From positions 2,080,001-2,144,000 of the forward strand of contig OY970173.1 in NCBI GenBank assembly GCA_963707635.1: 64,000 nt of DNA, written 5' to 3'. The notes under the pieces were generated by a model. That model did no database searches, was not told the origin of the DNA, and was given only the letters and a program-made list of their open reading frames with translations. The DNA comes from Candidatus Latescibacterota bacterium (lineage in GTDB: Bacteria; Krumholzibacteriota; Krumholzibacteriia; WVZY01; JAKEHA01). Position 1 is the stretch's first letter. Every line of letters begins with the position of its first letter. The position numbers were made by a program, and so were the translations under genes. Positions 39,538 through 49,035 of this stretch are shown piece by piece.

Positions 39538-40134
39538 TCACGGGGTCTGCGCGCGTGCGACAACGACTTTCGAGGGCACGATCCACGCGTCGGCGTAGTC
39601 GGCCGCCCGAATCGTCGCGAGCGCCCTGTCCGCGTCCGCGCGGGTCACGAAGTCCCCCACGCGCACCTTGTAGACTCCGCCCTCGAGGTCGAGGTAGCCC
39701 GGGAGGCGGAGTCGCTGCGACGCCACCACCCGCGCGTTTTCCGCCACCTCGCGATCGGACGACGCGAAGACCTGCACCCGAAAGCCGTCCGCGGTCGTGT
39801 CGGCTGCGGCCGGTGCGCGTGTGCTGTCCACCGGGGGCGCTTCCGCCTCGCTCACGTCGATACTCTCCTGCGTCATCGGGATCTCTTCCACATCCGCCTC
39901 CGAGCGGCTGTCGGCGGGTGTTACCGGAGGAACCTGCCCTTCGCGCTTGAAGTCGTAGGGCGCGGCGTCGCTCGAGCGCGCCGTGGGAGCCTTGTGCGCG
40001 GTTGGAGCGGTAGATGCGCAGGCCCCGAGTGCGACGACGGCGACGCTGGCACATGCGATTCGACGCAGCAGCATGACGGTCACCATAGCACCGGCTTCGC
40101 AGGTTTCGGAAACAGAAATCGGCGCGCGCGTCAC
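39538..40134 (-). CDS. SPOR-domain lipoprotein
   Basis: Lipobox LGAC; GFRVQV..YKVRVGDF..DAWIV. True start may be further in. Confidence 0.85.
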   Translation of the reverse strand: MTRAPISVSETCEAGAMVTVMLLRRIACASVAVVALGACASTAPTAHKAPTARSSDAAPYDFKREGQVPPVTPADSRSEADVEEIPMTQESIDVSEAEAPPVDSTRAPAAADTTADGFRVQVFASSDREVAENARVVASQRLRLPGYLDLEGGVYKVRVGDFVTRADADRALATIRAADYADAWIVPSKVVVARAQTP

Positions 40135-41282
40135 GGCATCCCCAGCACCCGGTAGTACTCGGCCTCCACCTGGTCGGTCACGAGATCCCAGTCGTACTCG
40201 GTCTCGAAGCGCGCCCGCGCCAGATTGCCCAGGGCGTCACGGGCCGCCGTATCATCCAGCAGTTGTTGAAGAACATTTGCCAAGGCCATGACGTCACCGC
40301 ACTTGAAGTACCTCGCCGCGGGCCCTCCGACCTCGGCGTTCTCCGGGATGTCGCTTAAGACGAGCGGGCGCGCGTGGGCCATGGCCTCGCACACGGTGAT
40401 GGGAAGGCCCTCCACGCGCGATGCCAGCACGTAGAGACGCGCGCCGGCGTAGAGCGCCTCCAGCGGTTCGCCAAATACGTCGCCGGTGAACACCACGCGC
40501 TCCCCTGCCAGGCGCTCGAGCGTGTCGGTATACGACGAGCGCGGCCGTTCCGACCCGACGATTACCAGACGAAGCGTCGTGGGCACCTGCTGAAAGGCCT
40601 CGATCAAGGTATCGAGCTCGCGATCGGGGATGATCCGCCCGACGGTGAGAACATAGTCGCCGGGCCGCAACCTCCAGCGCTCGAGCAGCGACAGATCCGC
40701 GGGCATGCGGCGCCGCGTGGCGCCGTTGGGAATGTAGCGGGCCTCGACTCCGTGGGCGTGCTGGATGTGTGCCTGCATCAGGCGTGACACGGCGATGACC
40801 GAGTCGCTTCGTCGCGCCCCCGTACGCTCGCCGCGCTTGAGGAACACTTTCGCCGATCGGCCCCACTTGACCTGGCGCCAGTCCAGGGCGTGGAACGTCG
40901 AGACCACACGGCGGCCGAACAGCCCCGCCACGGGCGCGAAGGCAGCGGGGCCGATGCCGTGCAGGTGGATGATATCGAGATCGTGCCGGAACGACGCTTC
41001 CAGCGCGCACCAGAGCGCGTGGGTGGCGGCGTCGAGGTGCTTGGTGGGAATGCTGGGGCGAAAGACGACGCGCACGCCCCGGTAGGTCGCCTCGCGTCGA
41101 GCCTCAACGTATCCGGGCGGCGCCTGGGCAGGATCGATCCGCAGCCGCGACCGGCAGAACACGCGCACGTCGTGCCCGCGCTCCGCCAGCCGGGCGGAGA
41201 TGTTCTCCACGTGGGTCTCGACTCCGCCGTAGCGAGCGGGGATGCCCTTCTGTCCAATCATGGCGACGCGCAGCGCGCGCAT
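40131..41282 (-). CDS. GT4 glycosyltransferase
   Basis: KGIPARYGGVE, YIPNG, EGLPITVCEAM and SDIPEN. Confidence 0.92.
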   Translation of the reverse strand: MRALRVAMIGQKGIPARYGGVETHVENISARLAERGHDVRVFCRSRLRIDPAQAPPGYVEARREATYRGVRVVFRPSIPTKHLDAATHALWCALEASFRHDLDIIHLHGIGPAAFAPVAGLFGRRVVSTFHALDWRQVKWGRSAKVFLKRGERTGARRSDSVIAVSRLMQAHIQHAHGVEARYIPNGATRRRMPADLSLLERWRLRPGDYVLTVGRIIPDRELDTLIEAFQQVPTTLRLVIVGSERPRSSYTDTLERLAGERVVFTGDVFGEPLEALYAGARLYVLASRVEGLPITVCEAMAHARPLVLSDIPENAEVGGPAARYFKCGDVMALANVLQQLLDDTAARDALGNLARARFETEYDWDLVTDQVEAEYYRVLGMP

Positions 41283-41404
41283 GCCGGTGCGACGCGTCAA
41301 GACCGCGCCTCCGGCGCGCGCCCCGCCGTGCGCAGCCCTTCAGACCGAAACCACTCGTGGGATGGGAAATCGACCACAACGACCGGCCGGCACTCGCGCC
41401 GACG

Positions 41405-42430
41405 CTAGTGGGAAAGGTGAGACTTGAGCTTCTCGCGGGCGATCCAGCCCAGCGCCTGCGGCAGGCTCTTCTTCAACTCCGAACGCGCCGTGCAAATCAT
41501 CCAGCATTGCTCGCACCCGGCGACTTCGCGCCGGACCGCCTCCGCCTGCTCCGATTCCCACACCGCTTCGAAGGAGCGTCCCTTCAGATCGCCCATCGGC
41601 GAGGGAATGGTCAGGCAAGGGTACACGACCCCCTCCGGCGCCAGGTAGAAGAAATCGATCGCGGCGCGGCAGGCCAGGATGCGGCGCTTTTCCTGATTGA
41701 ACACCAGCGTCCCCGACTCGAAGTAGGCGCGCAGCCAGCGCTTCGGGTGATAGCTCAACAGCTCGTGCTTCATCACGTACCCGAGCGCGTCGTAGAGCCG
41801 CTCATCGCTGACGTTCTGGTTTACCTGGGTCGAAAAATAGATCTCGGAGTTCTGCGCCACCGCGGTGGTGAACTGAAATCCCATCTCGCCCGCGTAGTCG
41901 TAGACGGCGCGCATCTCGTGCACGTTCTCGTTCATGGCCGTGAAACCGATGCGCACGTTGGTGAACCCGCGCTGCTTGAGCTGCTGCAGCGTCGCGCTCG
42001 CGTTCTCCCACGCGTGGGCGACCCCGCGGATGCGATTGTGGGTCTCGCCGATGCCGTCGAGCGAGACGCCGACGCCGATGTTCGGGATGGTCTTGCGCAG
42101 CTCCTCCATCGCGGCGATGATCTGCGCCGTCCGAAAGCCGTTGGTCGAGATCACGATTCGTGGCCGGTGGCACTTCTGGTGGACGACCTTCACGATGTCG
42201 ACCACGTCCTTGCGCATGAAGGCTTCGCCGCCCGAGATATTGATGTCGCGCAGAGACTCGGGAACCTTGGCGTAGTCGTCGATCGACAGGTACTCCTGCG
42301 GTTTGAGCTGCCAGATGTTGCACATCTCGCAGCGCGCGTCGCACCGGTAGGTCAGCGCGATGATCGCGTCGGTCGGGCCCGGCGACGTGGCTCCGTTGGT
42401 TCCGGATATGGGTTTGTGGGTCGTGCTCAT
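41405..42430 (-). CDS. Radical SAM protein with SPASM/twitch domain
   Basis: CDARCEMC, SGGE, STNG and SLDG; C-terminal C..GVVYPC..CEQCWMIC. Confidence 0.92.
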   Translation of the reverse strand: MSTTHKPISGTNGATSPGPTDAIIALTYRCDARCEMCNIWQLKPQEYLSIDDYAKVPESLRDINISGGEAFMRKDVVDIVKVVHQKCHRPRIVISTNGFRTAQIIAAMEELRKTIPNIGVGVSLDGIGETHNRIRGVAHAWENASATLQQLKQRGFTNVRIGFTAMNENVHEMRAVYDYAGEMGFQFTTAVAQNSEIYFSTQVNQNVSDERLYDALGYVMKHELLSYHPKRWLRAYFESGTLVFNQEKRRILACRAAIDFFYLAPEGVVYPCLTIPSPMGDLKGRSFEAVWESEQAEAVRREVAGCEQCWMICTARSELKKSLPQALGWIAREKLKSHLSH

Positions 42431-42443
42431 CGATCCGTCGCCG

Positions 42444-43589
42444 TCAGGCAGCGACTACCTCTTCGAACAGCTTCGAGTACTGGGCTGCAGTGCGCTCGAT
42501 GGAATACCGGGCGCCGACGCGCTCGCGGGCGCGCGCGGCCACGCGCGCCGCTTCCCCGGGGTTGTCGAGAACATGCGCGATCCGGTCCGCGAGGGCAAGC
42601 TCGTTCGCCGGCGGTATCAGCCACCCGGTCCGTCCGTCCGCCACCACTTCCGGAATCGATCCGACCGCGCTGGCGATCACCGGGATGCCCACCGCCATCG
42701 CCTCCAGGACGGCGAGCGGCAGGGTCTCCACCACCGCGCGCGACGGCAGGACCAGCGCGTCGCTCGCGTGCAACAGGCGCGCCACGTCGTCGCGCACGCC
42801 GAGGAAATCGACGCGGTCGGAGATCGCCAGCGCCGCCGCCCGCTCTTCCAGCAGATGCCGGCGTGGTCCGCCGCCCGCCACCAGCGCCCGCACCCGGCGG
42901 CCGCGTGCGCGCAGGGCGGCCACGGCCTCGAGGAGCGACTCGTGCGCCTTCTCCGGGCGCAGCGCGGCGACCATCACGACCACCGACTCGCCCGCGCCTA
43001 TCCCGAGCTCGGCCCGCGCGCGCTCCCTCGCCGCCGGGCTCACGGGAGTCCACGCGCCCAGGTCGATCCCGTTCTCGATCACGACCAGGCGCCGACGGTC
43101 GATCCCCTCACTCGCATTCAGGTACCCGGCGTGGCTCTCCGACACGGCCACGACGCGGGTCGTAAACTCCATCATTACACGGTCGCTCGGACGAAAACTC
43201 TTGCGCACGGTTCCGTCGCGCCCGGCGAGCCCGGTCGAGTGCGAGGCCACCACCGACGCCCGCGCCCCCGCGAGAATCCCGGCGATGCGTCCCACCAGCA
43301 TGGCATCGTGGTGGTCGAGGCAAAACACGACGTGCGGTCGCTGCGCGCGCAGGCGCCGCGTCAGGCGGGCGAGCGCGCGCGAGTCGCGCGGGCGCTTGCA
43401 CAGCTGCTCGGTGCCCCCGAACCCCCGTTCGAACAGTGCGCGGCCGACGGGTCCGGCGCCGCGCAGGAAATAGAGGCGGGTCTCGAATCGGTCGCGCGGA
43501 AGCCGGTCGAGCACTCCGGCCGTGACGCGCTCGGCACCGCCGACGCCGAACGTCGATGCCACCAGCGCGATGCGGATGGTGCCCACCAC
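42444..43589 (-). CDS. GT4 glycosyltransferase
   Basis: GGAER, IENGID, KAH and ETLPLAVLEAMA. Confidence 0.92.
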   Translation of the reverse strand: MVGTIRIALVASTFGVGGAERVTAGVLDRLPRDRFETRLYFLRGAGPVGRALFERGFGGTEQLCKRPRDSRALARLTRRLRAQRPHVVFCLDHHDAMLVGRIAGILAGARASVVASHSTGLAGRDGTVRKSFRPSDRVMMEFTTRVVAVSESHAGYLNASEGIDRRRLVVIENGIDLGAWTPVSPAARERARAELGIGAGESVVVMVAALRPEKAHESLLEAVAALRARGRRVRALVAGGGPRRHLLEERAAALAISDRVDFLGVRDDVARLLHASDALVLPSRAVVETLPLAVLEAMAVGIPVIASAVGSIPEVVADGRTGWLIPPANELALADRIAHVLDNPGEAARVAARARERVGARYSIERTAAQYSKLFEEVVAA

Positions 43590-43596
43590 GCGGCGC

Positions 43597-44643
43597 CTAG
43601 GCGCCTTCGGCCCCCCCCGAGTGGCTGGTGATCGGCTCGATGTCGATCATGCGGCCGTCTTCCCGGATCGACTCCATCGCCGCTTCCAGCACACGCACTA
43701 CCTCGAGGCCATGGACCCCCGAACTGCGCGGCGGCACTCCCTTCTCCACGCAGTCGAGGAAGTGCTGGCACGCGACCTTCAGCGGCTCCGCGTCGTCGAG
43801 GCGCGGGATGGTGATGTCTCCGTAACGGTAGGACAGCTGAAACTCGCCGAACGTGTCGTAGTGAGGCGTCACGGTGACGCCCTTGTCGTAGATCCGAATC
43901 TTCTCGAGCGCGCTCACGTCGTCGTACACCAGCATCTTCTTGCTGCCCACCACGGTGGTGGATCGAATCTTGTTCGGGTTGAGCCAGCTCACGTGCACGT
44001 GCGCCAGTATGCCGCCGGGGTAGCGCAGCGTGAGAAAGGCGACGTCCTCGACCCCCTTGCGAATGTACGAGTTCGCCTGCGTCGCCACCGATTCCGGCAT
44101 CCGGTTCAGGATGTAATTCAGGATCGAGACGTCGTGGGGCGCGAGGTCCCAGACCACGCTGATATGCTCCTGGAAGATGCCGAGGTTGACGCGGGTCGTG
44201 CTGATGTAGAGGATCTCGCCCAGCTCGCCCGAGTCGATCACTTCCTTGATCTTGTTCACCGCCGCCGTGTAGACGAACGTGTGCCCCACCAGCAGCACCC
44301 GTCCGGCCTTCCGCGCCGCCGCCACCATCGCGGCTCCGTCGGCCGCCGACGTCGACAGCGGCTTTTCCACGAACACGTGCTTGCCCGCTCGCAGCGCTTC
44401 CTGGGTGAGGGTGGTATGCGTCTCCGGCGGGGTCGCGACCACGACCGCGTCGACATCGCTGCGCGCCAGCACGCGGCGAAAATCGGTCGAGGTCTCGATG
44501 CGCGGGTAGAGGCTGTGCATATGGGCGAGGCGTTCCTCGCTCAAGTCCGAGCAGATCAGGACTTCGGAGCCCTTCAGATGCGAGAAATTTCGAATGAGGT
44601 TGGGGCCCCAGTACCCACAACCGATCACACCGATGCGAACCAC
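43597..44643 (-). CDS. Gfo/Idh/MocA oxidoreductase (NDP-sugar dehydrogenase-like)
   Basis: GCGYWGPN, VFVEKP and WDLAPHD. GTG at 44643. Confidence 0.9.
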   Translation of the reverse strand: MVRIGVIGCGYWGPNLIRNFSHLKGSEVLICSDLSEERLAHMHSLYPRIETSTDFRRVLARSDVDAVVVATPPETHTTLTQEALRAGKHVFVEKPLSTSAADGAAMVAAARKAGRVLLVGHTFVYTAAVNKIKEVIDSGELGEILYISTTRVNLGIFQEHISVVWDLAPHDVSILNYILNRMPESVATQANSYIRKGVEDVAFLTLRYPGGILAHVHVSWLNPNKIRSTTVVGSKKMLVYDDVSALEKIRIYDKGVTVTPHYDTFGEFQLSYRYGDITIPRLDDAEPLKVACQHFLDCVEKGVPPRSSGVHGLEVVRVLEAAMESIREDGRMIDIEPITSHSGGAEGA

Positions 44644-44675
44644 GGTAGCGTACTCCTGTGTGGTGAGGAAGCGGG

Positions 44676-45425
44676 TCAGTACCCGCCAAAACCGAACAAC
44701 ATGACCGGGATCGTGCGCAGGATGATCTTCACGTCGAGCGTGAGGGACCAGTTCTCGATATAGTAAAGATCCAGCATCACCATCTCGTCGAACGGCACGG
44801 TGCTGCGCCCGCTCACCTGCCACAGCCCGGTGAGCCCGGGCTTCACGGCGAGCCGGCCGCGGTGCCACTCTTTGTAGTGGGCCAGCTCGTAGGCCAGCGG
44901 TGGGCGCGGGCCGACGAGCGTCATCTCTCCGCGCAAGACGTTAATGAACTGCGGCAGCTCGTCGAGGCTGCTCTTGCGCAGAAAGCGCCCGATCGACGTT
45001 ACGCGCGGATCGTGCTGGATCTTGAACACGCGTTTGCTTTCGCCGGCGGACTCGTGCATGAGTCGACCGGTGATGAACTCCTGCGCGAAGTCCCGGTGCA
45101 AGCTGTCGCTGTTGTCCGCGACCATGGTCCGGAACTTGTAGAACTTGAACGGCTCCCCGTCCCGGCCGACGCGGTCCTGGACGAACAGCACCGGCCCTTC
45201 CGAGGTGAGCTTGATGAGAGCGGCGATGAGGGCATAAAACGGCAGACCCAGAACGATCACCGCCAGCGCGAATAGCATGTCGATGGACCGTTTCACCGCG
45301 AACGCACCCAGCCGCCGATCGGGCAGCGAGGTCGCCAGCGGGTACGAACCCTGGACCGCGTCCGTCGCGTAGAGCGGGATCACTTTCTGGTCGGAGTATC
45401 TGAACGTTGCAAGGTTCTTCTTCAC
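44676..45425 (-). CDS. Bacterial sugar transferase (monotopic phosphoglycosyltransferase)
   Basis: KRSID, YKFRTM, DPRVT, SLDELPQ, VGPRP and KPGLTGLWQV. Confidence 0.92.
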   Translation of the reverse strand: MKKNLATFRYSDQKVIPLYATDAVQGSYPLATSLPDRRLGAFAVKRSIDMLFALAVIVLGLPFYALIAALIKLTSEGPVLFVQDRVGRDGEPFKFYKFRTMVADNSDSLHRDFAQEFITGRLMHESAGESKRVFKIQHDPRVTSIGRFLRKSSLDELPQFINVLRGEMTLVGPRPPLAYELAHYKEWHRGRLAVKPGLTGLWQVSGRSTVPFDEMVMLDLYYIENWSLTLDVKIILRTIPVMLFGFGGY

Positions 45426-45457
45426 GGGTGCTGACCTTCCGAATCTGGTGGTGCAAT

Positions 45458-46579
45458 TCAGACTGATACTTCGACCCTCTTGAGGAGCACATCGGCGGTG
45501 TAATCGACCTGGTCGTTCGTCAGCTCCGGGAAGACGGGCAACGACACCAGGCTCTTCGACAACGACTCGCTCACCGCAAACGACTCGCCCGTGCGAACGA
45601 GGTGTCGATACGCGGTGTGCCGATGCGCGGGCGGAACGATATGCTTGCCCCATCCGATTCCGGCCGCGGTGAGAGCTTCCTGGACGGCGCGCTGGCGCGG
45701 GTGCCGCGCCGCGAGAATGTGATACACGGGTACGGACCCGGGCACCCGAGCCTGAAACACGAACTCCGTTCCCTGCAGGCGCGATTGGTAGCGCTCCGCG
45801 ATCTCGCGCCGGCGCTGATTCCAGCGGTCGAGATGCGGGAGCTTGACGCCCAGCACCGCGGCCTTGAGGGTATCGAGCCGGTAGTTGTAACCGACGGCCG
45901 GAAACACGTTGGGCTCGAACTGACCGTGGTGCCGAAGCGCTTTCACCTTCGCGGCGAGCTCGGGGTCGTTGGTCGTGAGTGCCCCTCCGTCGCCGATCGT
46001 CCCCAGATTCTTGGTCGGGTAGAACGAGAACGCGGCCGCGTGGCCGAACGAACCCACTCTGCGCCCGACGAACGTGGCCCCGTGCGCCTGGCAGGCGTCC
46101 TCGACGATCGCGATTCCATGGCGGGACGCGATACTCGAGATCGACTCCATGTCGCACGGTTGCCCGTACAGATGAACCGGGATGACGGCTTTGGTACGAG
46201 GCGTGATCGCCCGCTCCAGGCGGGAAGGATCCAGACCGAAGGTCTCCGGCGATACGTCGACGAGCACCGGCGTCGCGCCGGTGTACACGATCGCTTCGAC
46301 GGTCGCAATGAACGAGTTCGGGACGGTGATCACTTCGTCGCCGGGCCCGATTCCGAGTGCCACCAGCGCCAGGTGCAGCGCGGCAGTTCCGGAACTGAGA
46401 CCCACCGCGAACTCGCATTCGCAGTAACGAGCAAACTCCCGCTCGAAATCGTCGAGCGACGCTCCGAGGATGAAGTCACCACGGTCGATCGTGCGTTCCA
46501 CGGCCGCGTTGATTTCGTCGCGAAGCTCTCGGTGTTGCAGCGTCAGGTCCAGGAAGGGGACCGTTCGCTTCTGCCCCAT
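45458..46579 (-). CDS. DegT/DnrJ/EryC1/StrS aminotransferase
   Basis: SGTAAL, PVHLYG, EDACQAHG, SFYPTKNLG and NYRLD. Confidence 0.93.
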   Translation of the reverse strand: MGQKRTVPFLDLTLQHRELRDEINAAVERTIDRGDFILGASLDDFEREFARYCECEFAVGLSSGTAALHLALVALGIGPGDEVITVPNSFIATVEAIVYTGATPVLVDVSPETFGLDPSRLERAITPRTKAVIPVHLYGQPCDMESISSIASRHGIAIVEDACQAHGATFVGRRVGSFGHAAAFSFYPTKNLGTIGDGGALTTNDPELAAKVKALRHHGQFEPNVFPAVGYNYRLDTLKAAVLGVKLPHLDRWNQRRREIAERYQSRLQGTEFVFQARVPGSVPVYHILAARHPRQRAVQEALTAAGIGWGKHIVPPAHRHTAYRHLVRTGESFAVSESLSKSLVSLPVFPELTNDQVDYTADVLLKRVEVSV

Positions 46580-46711
46580 CGATGACACCCGGATACCCCT
46601 ATCGGATGGTCCTTCCCCTTAGCGCGAGTCAGTTGATTCTAGCACACTTACAAAGCCCCATCCAGCCGTTTTTTCGCGTACGGACGGCTTTTCCAAGGCC
46701 CGGGCAGGCGC

Positions 46712-47929
46712 TTACCCGGCAAGGCGTTCCACGCACGCGCGCAGCCCCGGGCCGCGCGCCTCGGGCCCGTAGGCCCTCCAGGCGTGGTCGCGGGCCCGGG
46801 CCGCGAGCCGGGCGGCGAACTGGGGATCGTCGAGCAGGCGGGCGACGTGGGAGCGATAGTCCGCCGGCGTTCTTGCCACCAGCACGTGCTGCCCGGCGTC
46901 CAGCGCCATCCCCTCGACGGCGGCCGGCGACGCCACCACCGGTAACCCCGCCGCCATGGCCTCGATGATCCGGATGCGCAACCCTCCGCCGTAGCGAAGC
47001 GGGACCACCAGGCACGCGGCGCGCTCCAGAAACGCGCGCAGGTCGCGGGCGTGACCCGCCACCTCGACGTTGGGCGCGCCCGCGAACGACTCCAGCCCGG
47101 GCGGCAGTTCCCCGCCGACGACGGTGAAGCGGATCCCCTCGATGGCGGAGAGCCCCGGATGGAGGTCGCGCGCGAAGTGAATCAGCGCGTCGCGATTGAA
47201 GGCGGCCCCCATCGCCCCGACGAACAGCACCTCGCGCGAGGCGCGCGGACCCGCCGCGGGCGCAAAACTGGCGGCAGGCAGACCGAACGGAAGCACCTCC
47301 ACCTGCGCGTTCCCGGCCGTGAGTGCGCGGGCGGCGTCGGCGTCCCGCGTCGTGAGCGCCAGGATGCGCCGCGAGCGCCGGTACGCGTGCCGTTCCTCGC
47401 GCCGCTCCATCCGCCACCGCGCCAGCGCTGCTGCGCGCGCCCACACTCCGCGCTCGAGGCGGGCGCGTTCGCGGTTGACCAGGAAATCGATGTCGTGCGT
47501 GAGCAGCACCGTTCGCTCGGGCGCGAAGACGTCGAAGAGCGGGTACAGCTGCCAGTATTCGAGCACGACCAGGTCGAACCCCTCGCTCACCAGTGCGCGC
47601 GCCGCGCGCACGAGCGACCCCGGACAGTCGTACTGGCTCTTGAGCGAGCGCCCGGTGAAGAACGCGCGCAGCAGGTAGCCGGCTCGAAAGGCGACGCGGG
47701 CGGCGAGGCGGGTGCGATTGAGTGGGAGCACGGTGACGACGCGCACGCCGCGCGTGGTCAACTCGCGCGCCAGCGCTTCCTCGCGCGGGTCGAGAAGGCG
47801 CGCCAGCACGGTCACGTCGTGCGCGTCGGCGAGCGCCTCCACGATCGCGAACGATACCACCTTCGTCCCCTGGTCGGGCGGGTACGGCAGCACCGGTTTG
47901 ACAAGGAGGATCTTCTTGCGCGCCGTCAT
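46712..47929 (-). CDS. GT4 glycosyltransferase
   Basis: PYPPDQG and VVPLRYGGGLRIRIIEAMA. Confidence 0.88.
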   Translation of the reverse strand: MTARKKILLVKPVLPYPPDQGTKVVSFAIVEALADAHDVTVLARLLDPREEALARELTTRGVRVVTVLPLNRTRLAARVAFRAGYLLRAFFTGRSLKSQYDCPGSLVRAARALVSEGFDLVVLEYWQLYPLFDVFAPERTVLLTHDIDFLVNRERARLERGVWARAAALARWRMERREERHAYRRSRRILALTTRDADAARALTAGNAQVEVLPFGLPAASFAPAAGPRASREVLFVGAMGAAFNRDALIHFARDLHPGLSAIEGIRFTVVGGELPPGLESFAGAPNVEVAGHARDLRAFLERAACLVVPLRYGGGLRIRIIEAMAAGLPVVASPAAVEGMALDAGQHVLVARTPADYRSHVARLLDDPQFAARLAARARDHAWRAYGPEARGPGLRACVERLAG

Positions 47930-49035
47930 GCCGGGATCCCGCGCGCGAGGCGTTCGTAGAGTGCGCTCATGGTCTCGACCTGCCGCTCGAGTGTGAACCG
48001 TTCTTCGAAGCGCCGGCGCGCGTTTGCGCCCAGGCGCTCGCGCAGCGGCGCGCTTTCGATGAGGCGCGCGAGCGCCGCCGACAGCGCGGGCGCGTCTTCC
48101 GGCGGCACCAGGAGTCCGGTTTCGCCGTCGACCACCACCTCGGGAATCCCGTACACGTTGCTTGCGACCACCGGAAGCGAGCTGGCCATCGCCTCCAGGA
48201 TGACGTACGGCAAGCCTTCCATCGCGGACGGGAGCACGAGTGCGTCCGCCGCCGAGAGGTGTTGCTCCACCTGCGCCGGGGACTGCCGTCCGAGGAACGT
48301 GACCCGCGACGCCAGACCGAGACGATCGGCGAGCTCGCGACAGCGCGTCTCGTCGGGCCCGGCGCCCACGACGCGCAGGCGCCAGCCGCTCGTCACCTTC
48401 GAGAGCGCCTCAAGCGTGGTGTGCAACCCCTTGTGTGCGATTATGTTTCCGACGAATACCAGGGTGAGGTCGCCGCCGCCGGGCCGCGCGGGGCGCGCCG
48501 ACCCGAACCCGAATGGGATCCCGTTGGGAACCACCCGGACCCGCTCGGCCGGCACACGCTGGCGTTCGACCAGGCACGCGGCGTTCGCCCGCGTCATCGT
48601 CACGGCGACGTCCACGGAGCGCATCGCGAGTCGCTTGAGCGCCCGGCGCTTCCACAGGGGAGGCACCATGGGCAGGTGCTCGGTGGTAACCACGCGCGCG
48701 CCCGCCGCGCGGGCGATCGGGGCAAGCAGGGCGTTCTGACCGCTGTACGGGCCCGGCATGTTGACGTGCACGACGTGCGGGGCGAGACGGTCGAGTTCCC
48801 GCCACACGCGCGGCGCGTCGTCCAGCCGCCACGGCAAGCGCATCGGCGCGCGCACGACCCGAATTCCTTCCGCGGCCAGGCCCGTCGCCCACGCGTCCAG
48901 TGCCCCATCCTGGCCATCGCCCATCAGCAACGAGACCGAGAAGCGATTTCGATCCAGCGCGGTGGCGAGACGCGACACGTAGTACTCCGCCCCGCCGAGA
49001 AACGGGGCATCGACGCCGAAGCAGAGCCGGATCAC
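47926..49035 (-). CDS. GT4 glycosyltransferase
   Basis: GGAE, VPNG, HKG and EGLPYVILEAMA. GTG at 49035 (GTGA overlap). Confidence 0.9.
   Translation of the reverse strand: MIRLCFGVDAPFLGGAEYYVSRLATALDRNRFSVSLLMGDGQDGALDAWATGLAAEGIRVVRAPMRLPWRLDDAPRVWRELDRLAPHVVHVNMPGPYSGQNALLAPIARAAGARVVTTEHLPMVPPLWKRRALKRLAMRSVDVAVTMTRANAACLVERQRVPAERVRVVPNGIPFGFGSARPARPGGGDLTLVFVGNIIAHKGLHTTLEALSKVTSGWRLRVVGAGPDETRCRELADRLGLASRVTFLGRQSPAQVEQHLSAADALVLPSAMEGLPYVILEAMASSLPVVASNVYGIPEVVVDGETGLLVPPEDAPALSAALARLIESAPLRERLGANARRRFEERFTLERQVETMSALYERLARGIPA

Noticed and set aside
14600..39540. Prophage or integrative element at the tRNA genes
   Set aside because: No integrase, phage or transposase genes, and no att duplication found by eye.
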